Virus record (IMG/VR): IMGVR_UViG_3300047382_000480
Location: 64,001 to 128,000 of that record
Length of the DNA stretch: 64,000 nt
Strand: one strand, 5' to 3'
Source: a virus
Shown here: positions 39,972 through 49,342 of the stretch, in pieces
Layout: every line of letters starts with the position of its first letter
Position numbering within the stretch: the stretch's first letter is position 1
The notes under the pieces: generated by a model
The model's input: the letters and a program-made list of their open reading frames with translations, nothing else
Told to the model about the DNA's origin: nothing
Database searches by the model: none
Translations under genes and position numbers: made by a program

Positions 39972-40616
39972 TCAACTCTCGTTTCCTAATAAAAAACTAC
40001 TTGTTGCGTCATAATGAATATCATCCCATGTTTCTGGTTTGTCTTCTTCTGCGGGTGTGTCAAATCCATCTGAAAATTCTTCAAAAACTTCATCAAACCT
40101 TTTAATGAATGGGGAAGCTACTTGTTTAACAGGGTTAGTGGGTCGCTCAACAGTTCCTGACAAAGGTTTTCCTAATTCTACCAACTCACCATATCTAGAC
40201 TGTATATTGGGAACTATTTCGCAGAGTCTGTCAATATCGTCGCCAAGACCATTCAACAACTCTAAAATTTCTTCTGGGTCTCCGAGATCAACGTCAGAAT
40301 ATTTCTCGCCTATGTTAGCTACAAGTTCTGCCTTTTCTAATGTTTCACCGACAAGGTCGTTACCTGCAGCAATAAAGTCTTGAAACTCTTGCGGAAGAGA
40401 GGGGACTGCAGCCTCTACTAATGCAACAGGATCATCAAGTAAGTCTTTCATCATTTTCAGGTCTTGGGCGACCTGAGCAGCCATTGTTATTTCTGTATAT
40501 CCAGGAATACTAGCAATACGTTTCGGGAGAGCTGAAATGCCAGACTCAACAGTGTCAATTACACCATTGATACCATCTACAAGGTCAGTAAGTTGTTTTG
40601 GTGCACCACAGCTCAT
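39972..40616 (-). CDS. Hypothetical acidic protein between gp5 and gp25
   Basis: 214 aa ORF with GGAG RBS. Confidence 0.7.
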   Translation of the reverse strand: MSCGAPKQLTDLVDGINGVIDTVESGISALPKRIASIPGYTEITMAAQVAQDLKMMKDLLDDPVALVEAAVPSLPQEFQDFIAAGNDLVGETLEKAELVANIGEKYSDVDLGDPEEILELLNGLGDDIDRLCEIVPNIQSRYGELVELGKPLSGTVERPTNPVKQVASPFIKRFDEVFEEFSDGFDTPAEEDKPETWDDIHYDATSSFLLGNES

Positions 40617-40625
40617 TTATCTCTC

Positions 40626-42038
40626 CTAGTTTAACGTGATCAATGTAGCATTGACGTCGAACAATGTTCCTGTATTATATGTCGCAGATGCTGCAGAGTT
40701 TAACTGCGCCCCGACAGTAGTCATCGTCAAAATTCCACCTGTGTCAATATTAGTATTCAATACAGAAGCAATATTGGTCTGACCAGCCGATGTACTTATC
40801 GAAGAAGTTGAACCTGCTGCAAGGTCAATATTACCCAAAGTTGTAACTGCAAACCCTTGTTGATTTGGTATAACACCGACAGTAAATTGAGTTTTACCCT
40901 TAGTTGTAACCGCATATTTGTTTCCAATATGTTCTGTCTTGTTACTTGCAACAGTGGTTGCTTGTGTACCCTTAACTAAAAGGATATCGGAACCAGATGG
41001 AACTGCCCCTATAAACGGAATTGTTATCGGTGGAGATGAGGTTGCACAATTAACAACTGTATATCTACTACCGCTTATGTTTATTTTCTGGTCAGAAAGA
41101 ACATCAAGCATATCATTACCAACAACCTTTGAATATCTACCCTTTCTAACAGTAGAATATATGTTGCCTGCATAGTCTTCGATAACATCGCCCTTGTCAA
41201 CTTTAATGTTAACATCTCCACGTGTAACATTAATGTTTAAATTACCTTCAACGTGCAATGTTTTATTACCATAAACAATCTCAAAATCATCACCAACTAT
41301 TTTTTGAACACGAGATCCATCTGGCTGAAACTCAACGAATGAACCAGATTTATGGTAAGTGTGTATTCTTTCTGATCCAGGAGTATCGTCAAACTCTTGG
41401 ACGTGACCAGATTCGTATTCATGAACATTATTATAAGGATATTGAGTTTTTGATTCTTCAGATCCTTGTGCGTGTGGTTCGCTCCAAGTAGCTGGATTTA
41501 CCTCAGGAAAAGCACCGCTCTCCCCATCTATGTTACTTGGTTGAGCAAAGGGTTGGTCTTTTACACGCATCGCTCTTTTTGCTGCAAGGGAAACGTGTTT
41601 CTCCGCAGTTTTACCACCGCGAGCCAGCCTAGATAAAGAAGATTCTCCAACCTGATTTCTGCCCTTATCTTGGGGTCTTAGTGCATTTAATGGGTATGTT
41701 GCAGAAGGATCTTGGAATCCAGTTTGACCATTCCCCTTCACACTATCGACTCCACCAATAGACCCCATTATTATAGGGAGTTGAGTCTCATTACTGTCAG
41801 TGAAAAATCCAACGACTGTAGAACCATTTAAAAGACCAATATTTGTATTACCAATACCTGACATTGCAGCCGATGAAGTCGGTTGAACAGTCATAGCCCA
41901 CGGAAGATCTTCTGTCGGAAGTACTGATTTATCATCTGTGTGATAACCAAGAATGCGGACTTTATACCGCCCAATCTTTTCGGGGTCGTTAACATCTTCA
42001 ACAGTCCCCAACCACCATGTAAAATCACCATAAATCAT
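40626..42038 (-). CDS. gp5: Baseplate central spike without lysozyme domain
   Basis: WWLG.VED..DP...GR.KVRI.G.H OB-fold start; YPYN.V....SGH..EFDDTPG.ERI...HKSG; beta-helix-like C-terminus. Confidence 0.92.
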   Translation of the reverse strand: MIYGDFTWWLGTVEDVNDPEKIGRYKVRILGYHTDDKSVLPTEDLPWAMTVQPTSSAAMSGIGNTNIGLLNGSTVVGFFTDSNETQLPIIMGSIGGVDSVKGNGQTGFQDPSATYPLNALRPQDKGRNQVGESSLSRLARGGKTAEKHVSLAAKRAMRVKDQPFAQPSNIDGESGAFPEVNPATWSEPHAQGSEESKTQYPYNNVHEYESGHVQEFDDTPGSERIHTYHKSGSFVEFQPDGSRVQKIVGDDFEIVYGNKTLHVEGNLNINVTRGDVNIKVDKGDVIEDYAGNIYSTVRKGRYSKVVGNDMLDVLSDQKINISGSRYTVVNCATSSPPITIPFIGAVPSGSDILLVKGTQATTVASNKTEHIGNKYAVTTKGKTQFTVGVIPNQQGFAVTTLGNIDLAAGSTSSISTSAGQTNIASVLNTNIDTGGILTMTTVGAQLNSAASATYNTGTLFDVNATLITLN

Positions 42039-43405
42039 TAAAAGTCTCCCAAACTATCTTTCATTATACTGAGCGTCATACTATGCTGCCCATTAGAAAT
42101 GTCATGACGAACACCAGTTATCAGATAGATACCAGAGATATATGGATCCTCTAATTCTTCGCGATCAACCCTTGTATCTCCCTTCTCAACAGTCCTCGGA
42201 TATACCAATCTAACTAGCATCCCTGTTTCCACGTCTGTTTTCCCTGGAACTGTAATTTCTAATGTTTGGTTTTGCAATTCAGCATCACCATATCTTCTGA
42301 CAAGGGTGTTTCGTATTTGTTCAACCCCTCTATGAAAACTACTCCCGAATGGAGATGTCGCCATTGGAGAAAATGTTCTATTGGCTAATGGATTACCAAG
42401 CATGTTTTGCGGAGTTGGGTTTATTTTTGATATTGTTTCAAAACTGTCAAAGTTTTCCCCCAAATATCTTCTATCATCTTTGGCAATATCTTTAGATTCT
42501 GGTCTTGAATCAAATTTCATCATCGCCATACGTTTTGTTGTCAAATCGTATGAAAAAATAGAACTAGCAGTATAGCCATCGTTTTGCGCTTTAATCTGAT
42601 CTTTAAATGTGGGGAAATATATACTTTCCACTTGATTAAAACGACTAGATATAAACGGAGAGATATAATTGTAAGAAGCAGAACGATTGTCTTGAGTTAT
42701 TTCTTGTGTCTGATTTTGTTGAACATTATACTCGTCATAAACTATTCTTTTTTCTTTTTGCTGTTTTATTAAAATTTCAGGGGAAGCAAAATAAAACCCA
42801 GCTTTCGTTTCATAAAATTTAAAATTGGACTTCGATGTCTCAGAACCAATAGACTTAGATGCTATATGATTAAGACACTTAAATGGAGACCAATAATTAG
42901 CTACAAATTCATAATTTTGAGAAAGATGAGGAGTACCTAAAATATTTACCTGAGTCTCACCAATAGGAGAAGAAGATTTAACTTGGTCGAAGATCTTTTC
43001 AACTAATTCATCAGTAGAACCTTTATATTTTGAATTTAATCTAACAAATGAATCTGAATATAATTCAGGCGTCACACAATGTAGTGTATAAAATTGTTCT
43101 CGGTCGTTATTTAATGTTCTGTGTTTAATAGAATGAACGATGAATGCTATGTTAATCGAGGAATCAAACGTGGGTGTTCTAAATTTAACTACAATCGATT
43201 CTTGTCCCAAAAATGGTGCAGCTGTAATCAAACCATTACTATCAATGATGGTTATTTCTGCTGACATACCATTGAGTTCCATATTCTCATATAAAACTGC
43301 TTCTGCCATAAAATTTTTGAGACTGAAAGAAGTTCCATCATTTGTGACAATATAGGCATCTTCTATCAGGACAGCTCCAGGCTGTCTTAATGTTTCTTTA
43401 CTCAT
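42038..43405 (-). CDS. Baseplate hub protein (gp27-like)
   Basis: YE......S....IIDS, WSPF, FYET..GF.F.S, VPG, SG.YLIT.VRH; lies between gp53 and gp5. Confidence 0.7.
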   Translation of the reverse strand: MSKETLRQPGAVLIEDAYIVTNDGTSFSLKNFMAEAVLYENMELNGMSAEITIIDSNGLITAAPFLGQESIVVKFRTPTFDSSINIAFIVHSIKHRTLNNDREQFYTLHCVTPELYSDSFVRLNSKYKGSTDELVEKIFDQVKSSSPIGETQVNILGTPHLSQNYEFVANYWSPFKCLNHIASKSIGSETSKSNFKFYETKAGFYFASPEILIKQQKEKRIVYDEYNVQQNQTQEITQDNRSASYNYISPFISSRFNQVESIYFPTFKDQIKAQNDGYTASSIFSYDLTTKRMAMMKFDSRPESKDIAKDDRRYLGENFDSFETISKINPTPQNMLGNPLANRTFSPMATSPFGSSFHRGVEQIRNTLVRRYGDAELQNQTLEITVPGKTDVETGMLVRLVYPRTVEKGDTRVDREELEDPYISGIYLITGVRHDISNGQHSMTLSIMKDSLGDF

Positions 43406-43901
43406 TTGCTAACCGATTAAATTCTGTCAAAAAATCTTGAATATATCTTGGGTTTATAACAGAGATATTTTGTCTTGCATCATTTTCTAATTGCTCGTGT
43501 TCAAGGTGAGAAATTTCTTTTATTTCTCCCGAAGCAAGTTTCTGTGCATCGTACTGAACACAAACAAGAGGGTTATCTGCTACTATATAATGGTGTGTAT
43601 TCCCAGAGTTTCCTACGCCATACTTATCTTCTACAAGGCTTCTTATTTGTTCTGGTGTGAAATACCATTCGTTGTATGGATCTATAATATTGTTCACGAG
43701 AAGAACAACCCAATATAATTTTGGGTCGTCATATAAAATATCTGCAACATCTTCTGGTTTTTGACCTGCTTCGATAGTATACTTTGTGAGAAGAAGTTCG
43801 TTGATCGCTATATCAGAAAGTGCAACCCTTCTAAAGATGTCCGTGGCAACAATTAATCTGCTATCGAGGGCATAACCAAATTGTGGGAAATTCTTAAACA
43901 T
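43398..43901 (-). CDS. gp53: Baseplate wedge subunit
   Basis: PEDVA..LY.DP.LYWVVLLVNNI.DPY.EW, HHY, E...ND.R. Confidence 0.9.
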   Translation of the reverse strand: MFKNFPQFGYALDSRLIVATDIFRRVALSDIAINELLLTKYTIEAGQKPEDVADILYDDPKLYWVVLLVNNIIDPYNEWYFTPEQIRSLVEDKYGVGNSGNTHHYIVADNPLVCVQYDAQKLASGEIKEISHLEHEQLENDARQNISVINPRYIQDFLTEFNRLANE

Positions 43902-45031
43902 TAAAACCCTTCCTCAACTTTATTTCTGGTAAGGAGCTCAGTTTCTTTGAACGCCATAGCCATTGTTATTTCTGATGGTGCACCACGTGCGTCTTTAAAT
44001 GTAGTAAATGTACCACCATTACCATAGTCGATTGACAAATCCGTTAGAAAACAAGGTGCTATTTTATTAAGGTATCTATTTTCTCTATTTTTATACACAT
44101 ACTCTATTTGAAATTCTGAGGGGAAAGTAAAAAATAATCCTGTCTCGTCTTTTTCTGGGTGCATATGTGATTTAAATAATTTGATAATATCCATTACATC
44201 TCTCAGTTCTTTCTCATTCCTTGGAGCGAACTTATATTCAAAAGCAAAACTTCTGAAACCCATAGTTTGAAAAATCTGTTCTTTATAGGGATTGCGAATT
44301 GTTCTTGTAGAAGACCTTATAGCACCGCTCACGTTCAGGTCGCCAAGACCCAACTCTCTTGGTATATTACCAGCACTAGAAATAGTTCTTGCAAGAACAC
44401 TACCTAATGGAGAACCTGCTGCAGCTTCCAATGCTTTACCAAACTCACCCTTTCCAATTAAATCCTTTACTGCATTAAATGTTTGGGTTAGTTGAGTGTC
44501 ACCTGCCATACCCCCGCCCATAATCGTTCCAAGATCTTCAATATTGAATTCAGCACCATATTTGGCTTGAGGTGAATTTGGGATGTAAAGAGATATCGAA
44601 GAATCTATTTTCTTGGTAATCCTTGACTGCATCGCTCCAGCTTTCTTAATTAATTCGCTTGCTCCTAATGATGCAGCACCCGCGACACCAGCTTTTTTCA
44701 CAGCACCGCCACTAGTTGCAGCTGAAAGACCTATACCAAAAGTTGCTGCAGCAGTAGTCCTGAGAAATGATTGCCTTCCTTCTTCTATTGATAGTTCCTT
44801 TGCAGCAGATCTGTCGCCTGCGTTAGCCAACCCCTTTAAATCGGAAACCCTTTCGTTTTTCTCTGTTAGGCTTTCAGTTTTGAAAATATAAAAATTTATA
44901 GCATGGGGTTGCTCATCAGAGCCGATATTTGAAGGATAGCGATATATCTTATTTTTTCGCCTTTTCCTTTTTTTCTCAACAACTGTGTCAGTAGTCAGCG
45001 GAGTATTTTTGGTGTCTGCTTCTGTAGCCAT
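43901..45031 (-). CDS. gp48: Baseplate tail-tube cap
   Basis: LYIP, NPY.EQIF....FRSF.F.YKFAP.N..E, F.E.ELLTR. Confidence 0.85.
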   Translation of the reverse strand: MATEADTKNTPLTTDTVVEKKRKRRKNKIYRYPSNIGSDEQPHAINFYIFKTESLTEKNERVSDLKGLANAGDRSAAKELSIEEGRQSFLRTTAAATFGIGLSAATSGGAVKKAGVAGAASLGASELIKKAGAMQSRITKKIDSSISLYIPNSPQAKYGAEFNIEDLGTIMGGGMAGDTQLTQTFNAVKDLIGKGEFGKALEAAAGSPLGSVLARTISSAGNIPRELGLGDLNVSGAIRSSTRTIRNPYKEQIFQTMGFRSFAFEYKFAPRNEKELRDVMDIIKLFKSHMHPEKDETGLFFTFPSEFQIEYVYKNRENRYLNKIAPCFLTDLSIDYGNGGTFTTFKDARGAPSEITMAMAFKETELLTRNKVEEGF

Positions 45032-45041
45032 TAGACTTCTC

Positions 45042-45073
45042 TATAAATAGGGTTATTATTCTTCTTATTTATA
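45042..45073. promoter_or_regulatory. Opposed pair of T4-type late promoters serving the divergent gp48 and gp4 operons
   Basis: TATAAATA at 45042-45049 (+) and 45066-45073 (-). Confidence 0.8.
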
Positions 45074-45517
45074 ATGCCATATTCAAAAAATGTTTACAAG
45101 GGTCGTTTTAAACCCACTAATCCAAAAAAATATTGTGGAGATGTCTCCAATATTATTTATCGCTCATCATATGAGCTAAAATTTATGAAATGGTGCGACC
45201 TCAACGAAAATATAATAGAGTGGGGTTCCGAAGAATTGTCTATACCATACAAATCACCAGTTGATAATAGAATACACAGATATTTCCCAGACTTCTATCT
45301 AAAATTAAATAACAAAAAATATCTGATAGAAATAAAACCTTCAAGGTTCACCCAAGAACCGAAAGTACCCAAAAGAAAAACAAAAAGATTTATTGAAGAA
45401 GTCAAACAATATGGAAATAACATAGCCAAATGGGAAAGTGCAACTGAGTTCTGTCTAGATAATGGTTGGGAATTTAAAATTATTACTGAAAAAGAATTAG
45501 GCATCTCTTATAAATAA
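45074..45517 (+). CDS. gp4: Head completion nuclease
   Basis: YKGRFKPTNPKKY, YRSS.E..FM.WCD, HRYFPDF, IEIKP, KW..A, ITEKEL. Confidence 0.93.
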   Translation: MPYSKNVYKGRFKPTNPKKYCGDVSNIIYRSSYELKFMKWCDLNENIIEWGSEELSIPYKSPVDNRIHRYFPDFYLKLNNKKYLIEIKPSRFTQEPKVPKRKTKRFIEEVKQYGNNIAKWESATEFCLDNGWEFKIITEKELGISYK

Positions 45518-45521
45518 GGAT

Positions 45522-46088
45522 ATGGCTAATCCTTTAGAAAAAATACGAGCAAACTCTAACGACCAGCAAAAATCTATGGACTGGTATCAGAGACAAGTGC
45601 GTCAATTGGCATCAAACGTCAATTCACCGCAAGCATATGTTCGTTCAAAAATGTTTGAAGTGAAATCAGATATAGAGATCGGAAGTATGTACCTCTATAG
45701 ATATGACCCGAAGCATAAAGAAACACTTCCATATTATGACACCTTCCCATTGGTTCTACCATTTGAACCTGCAAAGGGAGGGTTTTATGGATTAAATCTG
45801 CATTACTTACCATATATGATGAGAGCAAAACTTCTTGGTCAATTGCTAGAAACAGCGAACGATAAAACGATTGGTCCAGAAACTAAAATGAGATATAACT
45901 GGCAGATTTTAAAAAGCATTGGTAATGAAATAAAACCTTGTGTGAAAAGGTATTTGACAAATCACGTTGTAACATCTTTCTATAAAGTTAATCCAGAAGA
46001 TTGGAAATCAACTATCTTTCTTCCGATTGACAATTTTGTTGGTGCAACAAAGAATAAAGTATTTACAGATTCAAGGGCAATGCTATAA
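45522..46088 (+). CDS. gp2: DNA end protector protein
   Basis: YDPKHKETLPYYDTFPLV, GLNLHYLP, PCVKRYL. Confidence 0.92.
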   Translation: MANPLEKIRANSNDQQKSMDWYQRQVRQLASNVNSPQAYVRSKMFEVKSDIEIGSMYLYRYDPKHKETLPYYDTFPLVLPFEPAKGGFYGLNLHYLPYMMRAKLLGQLLETANDKTIGPETKMRYNWQILKSIGNEIKPCVKRYLTNHVVTSFYKVNPEDWKSTIFLPIDNFVGATKNKVFTDSRAML

Positions 46089-46717
46089 TGGCTAATTTTC
46101 AATTAAATGACTTTTTAGCAAAGATACGTTCAGAAGATCTTGCAAGATCTAGTAGATTTGAGATAGTCATAACAACTCCTGGAAAATCCAGCAACGCAAG
46201 AAGTGTTTCTCTCCTATGCGAAGAAGCAGCAATTCCTGGATTAATATCAACCTTTGTACCAACAAAGATTGGTAACTGGACTGAATATCGTGTTCATGGC
46301 GTTGAATTCTTCGGGGATAATGCAACATTCGGGTTCTATGTTGATACGCAGTGGGGTGTGAGAGAGTTTTTTGAAGATTGGATTGCCACAACTCAAGTTG
46401 ATACTATATCAAAAGAAGTTGGGTTTTATGAAGACTACACTGCTGACATCGAGATATATACGCTGGATAGAGCTGACAACAGAACAGGGAAATGGTGTCT
46501 TCGGGATGCGTTCCCGAGGCTGGTAAACTTAACGCCAGTTTCTCAAGCTGCAGATTCACCAGCAAGAGTAAGTGTCACATTCGCTTACAAATATTGGACG
46601 TCAGATACAATTGAAGAAGGATTCCGCGAAGGCGGTGGACCACTCGGAAACATCAAACGATTGGTCAATATGTTTAAAAACGATGGTAAGGGGTTCAAAG
46701 ACCTTTTTGACTTTTAA
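46088..46717 (+). CDS. gp54: Baseplate tail-tube initiator (gp19-like fold)
   Basis: LARSSRFEI, LLCEEAAIPG, FFEDW, AFP, VTFAYKYW. Confidence 0.75.
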   Translation: MANFQLNDFLAKIRSEDLARSSRFEIVITTPGKSSNARSVSLLCEEAAIPGLISTFVPTKIGNWTEYRVHGVEFFGDNATFGFYVDTQWGVREFFEDWIATTQVDTISKEVGFYEDYTADIEIYTLDRADNRTGKWCLRDAFPRLVNLTPVSQAADSPARVSVTFAYKYWTSDTIEEGFREGGGPLGNIKRLVNMFKNDGKGFKDLFDF

Positions 46718-46727
46718 GGAGTAAATA

Positions 46728-47426
46728 ATGGCACTACCGCAAATTGATGTGCAAACATTTAATATTAATATATCATCATTGGGAAAGAAATTTAAGTTTA
46801 GACCTTTCCTAGTAAAAGAAGAAAAATTGTTGGTTATGGCAGGGGAGTCTGAGGACAAATCTGATATGATAAATGCCGTGCAACAGATAATAACGAACTG
46901 TTCCATGGGAAAGGTAAACGGAGAAACCTTACCGATATTTGACCTCCAAAAAGTATTCTTAGAAATACGAGGGATGTCTGTATCAAACATCATAAACTTG
47001 GTTGCAAATTGCGGTGAGTGCGGTATAGAAAACGATGTTGTGTTTGACTTAGAAAAAGTCAAGATTACAAAAAACAAAGGACACACTAATAAAATAAAAC
47101 TCACCGAAACAATGATTCTGGAAATGGATTACCCAGACGTTCACGAAATCAGTAAACTGATGAGTGGTGAGACAGAAGAAATATATGAAGTAACAGCAAA
47201 TTGTATTAAAACGATCTATAACGACGAAGAAATAATTCAATTCCAAGAAAGTCCATTGGAAGAAAGAATTAATTTTATAGAAGGATTTTCGGTTAAACAA
47301 TTTGCTCTTATAAGACAATTTTACGAAAGTATGCCACAAATTTTACATGCGATTGATTTCAAATGTAAGGCATGCAAAAAGGACAATACGCTTGTTATTG
47401 ATGGCTACGAAAATTTTTTCGTCTAA
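46728..47426 (+). CDS. gp26: Baseplate hub assembly protein
   Basis: MALP, FRPFLVKEEKLL, CGEC and CKAC pairs, ends in G..NFF. Confidence 0.9.
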   Translation: MALPQIDVQTFNINISSLGKKFKFRPFLVKEEKLLVMAGESEDKSDMINAVQQIITNCSMGKVNGETLPIFDLQKVFLEIRGMSVSNIINLVANCGECGIENDVVFDLEKVKITKNKGHTNKIKLTETMILEMDYPDVHEISKLMSGETEEIYEVTANCIKTIYNDEEIIQFQESPLEERINFIEGFSVKQFALIRQFYESMPQILHAIDFKCKACKKDNTLVIDGYENFFV

Positions 47427-47596
47427 GCCTCTCTCACGAAACCTTGCAGAATTTGTTTAAAACAAATTTTTTATTAATGCAAGAACACCATTACTCTCTC
47501 ACGGAAATAGAGGCAATGGTTCCTTGGGAGAGGGAAGTCTACGTTGCTATGTTAGTTGAACATCTAAAGAAAAAGGCTGAGGCTGCAAAGAGATAA
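47411..47596 (+). CDS. gp51: gp51-like baseplate assembly catalyst; -1 frame overlapping the gp26 end
   Basis: Not in ORF track: KFFRLSLSHETLQNLFKTNFLLMQEHHYSLTEIEAMVPWEREVYVAMLVEHLKKKAEAAKR*. Start uncertain (frameshift, TTG 47444 or ATG 47477). Confidence 0.85.
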   Translation, partial: KFFRLSLSHETLQNLFKTNFLLMQEHHYSLTEIEAMVPWEREVYVAMLVEHLKKKAEAAKR

Positions 47597-47602
47597 AGAA
47601 CT

Positions 47603-49033
47603 ATGGCAGAAGAAATTAGACCAAACCTGAACAAATCCCGTGGGGATGTCGTTATCGGTTTTCCAGACCTTCTGAAAGGTAACGCTGGAAACTCCGCTAC
47701 ATCTGATCCAATCACAATGAAAAGGGCTGAAGAAGGTCAGTCTTTTGGCGGTTCTGGAAGTGGCGGTGGCGGTGGCATGTCTAATAACGTCACACCAATA
47801 CTTGGTGATCTTCAAGCTGCATCCGAACTCTCTATGGAAGAGTTGGCAAAACAAACAGATATCTTAGAAGGAATAGAAAAAAACACTTCTGAAACAACCA
47901 CTGCTGGCGGTCAAGAAAAGAAATCTTCCGAAGAAGATATAAGAGCAAAACTAGATGAATCAAAACCCCTTGACCAAGAACAAGGGAACAAGATAATCGA
48001 TAAGCTGGCTGAGCTCAATAGCAATAGTAAAGCAACAGCATCTCTGTTGTCAGTTGCTGCGGCATTTGCAGGAACTCAAGCCGACGAAATCACAGACGCA
48101 ATTGACAATATGACCACCACACAGAAGGCTGTTGCTGCAGCATTAACTGTTGGTGTTGCAGGAACTAGTATCGCTGCAAGTAAACTTGTGACCGCTCCAT
48201 TGAAAAAAATTGTTAGTCCTGACAAAAAGGAAAAACCAAAGCCCAATTCCTCGAAGTCAAAAAAACCAAAAACTGCTAAACCCAAACCCCCACCATCTCC
48301 CGCTAAACCCAAATCAGGAGTCGTTAAACAGGCAGCAAAGACAGGCGGTAAATTGATTGCTAAGCAGGGAGCAAAGGTGGCAACAATTGCTGCATCTGGT
48401 CCAGCAGCACCTATCGTCGCGAGTGTCATGGCTGCAGCAACAGTTTATGAGCTTGGTACAATGGCTCTGGAAAAGGCAGGTTATGGGGAAGAAGTCGAAG
48501 CATTTGAAACAGGTGCAATGAATCTTGCTGGGATTGAAACAGATGAACAAGAAATTGAAAAAGATGCAGCCAAAGTTGCATTGAATGAGAAGAAAATGCA
48601 GGCTTTGGTCAAGAAAATTGATTCGTCAGACCTCACCGACCAACAAAAAACATTTCAAAAGGCAGAGTTACAGAAGGCATTGAATAACAGCGGTGACGTA
48701 GATACATTCGGAGACAGAAAAGCAAGGATTGCAGATAGAACATTTAAGAGATATGAGAAAATGTATGGTGAAGTAGAGATAGAATCACCAATGACACCTC
48801 CTCCTCAAAGCTCAAACTCGATTGAATCAGAAACATCACAAGCTAGAGAAGCAGAGTTGTTGGCGATGATTCCTGATATTCAAATCCCACCGCAAATACC
48901 ACCAACAGTTAATGTACCAAACCAACCTGCTCCAAATGTTAGTGTGAGCGCAGTTCTTCCAAGAACAAACTTGCCATCCGAATTGTCTTCATTCGGGAAC
49001 CAAGCTAGGATTCCTAAACTAGTTGTTTCATAA
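47603..49033 (+). CDS. Putative tape-measure / hub protein (gp29 position)
   Basis: Ala-rich and probably helical with a Pro/Lys linker; follows gp26-gp51; assignment by synteny only. Confidence 0.5.
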   Translation: MAEEIRPNLNKSRGDVVIGFPDLLKGNAGNSATSDPITMKRAEEGQSFGGSGSGGGGGMSNNVTPILGDLQAASELSMEELAKQTDILEGIEKNTSETTTAGGQEKKSSEEDIRAKLDESKPLDQEQGNKIIDKLAELNSNSKATASLLSVAAAFAGTQADEITDAIDNMTTTQKAVAAALTVGVAGTSIAASKLVTAPLKKIVSPDKKEKPKPNSSKSKKPKTAKPKPPPSPAKPKSGVVKQAAKTGGKLIAKQGAKVATIAASGPAAPIVASVMAAATVYELGTMALEKAGYGEEVEAFETGAMNLAGIETDEQEIEKDAAKVALNEKKMQALVKKIDSSDLTDQQKTFQKAELQKALNNSGDVDTFGDRKARIADRTFKRYEKMYGEVEIESPMTPPPQSSNSIESETSQAREAELLAMIPDIQIPPQIPPTVNVPNQPAPNVSVSAVLPRTNLPSELSSFGNQARIPKLVVS

Positions 49034-49056
49034 AAAAGGGGAGCATTGCGCTCCCC
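49032..49056 (-). terminator. Rho-independent terminator (possibly bidirectional)
   Basis: GGGGAGC/GCTCCCC stem with a U6 tail on the minus strand, between convergent genes. Confidence 0.85.
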
Positions 49057-49063
49057 AGTACCA

Positions 49064-49225
49064 CTAAGAACTAAACTCTACGCCACGATAAGTGTGTAAA
49101 CTTTCTTTCTTTTCTTGCTTCGGCAATTTTTCGTAAAAGGCTCCTCTATAAGTTTTTCTAGAGTTCTTTTTTACTTTTGCAGATTTTACTAATTGGCTTG
49201 CGCCACGATACATAAACGTGTTCAT
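49064..49225 (-). CDS. 53-aa basic peptide with three YRG motifs (DUF4278-like)
   Basis: Manual translation MNTFMYRGASQLVKSAKVKKNSRKTYRGAFYEKLPKQEKKESLHTYRGVEFSS; GGGAG RBS; own promoter-like site and terminator. Confidence 0.8.
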   Translation of the reverse strand: MNTFMYRGASQLVKSAKVKKNSRKTYRGAFYEKLPKQEKKESLHTYRGVEFSS

Positions 49226-49306
49226 AACACTTCTCCCTATACAAGGATTGAAGTAGTCTTTTAACGCATGAACAAATGCGAGTCGATAAAGATGACTAAT
49301 CTATTC
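49226..49306 (-). promoter_or_regulatory. Structured 5' leader (candidate cis-regulatory RNA)
   Basis: Stems CGCAU/AUGCG, UAGUC/GACUA and ACUUC..UCCUUG/UAGGGA GAAGU covering the RBS; upstream ACTAAATA at 49307-49314. Confidence 0.5.
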
Positions 49307-49314
49307 TATTTAGT

Positions 49315-49342
49315 AATAAAAAAGGGACTCCGAAGAGTCCCT
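49315..49342 (-). terminator. gp32 terminator with cUUCGg tetraloop
   Basis: AGGGACUC-UUCG-GAGUCCCU followed by a U tract. Confidence 0.92.

Noticed and set aside
39265-43405. Type VI secretion system or tailocin locus (PAAR, gp25, gp5, gp27-like)
   Set aside because: Portal, terminase, neck and replication genes show this is a complete phage
45074-45517. TnsA transposase or homing endonuclease
   Set aside because: Motifs and position next to gp2 match head-completion gp4; no transposon ends seen
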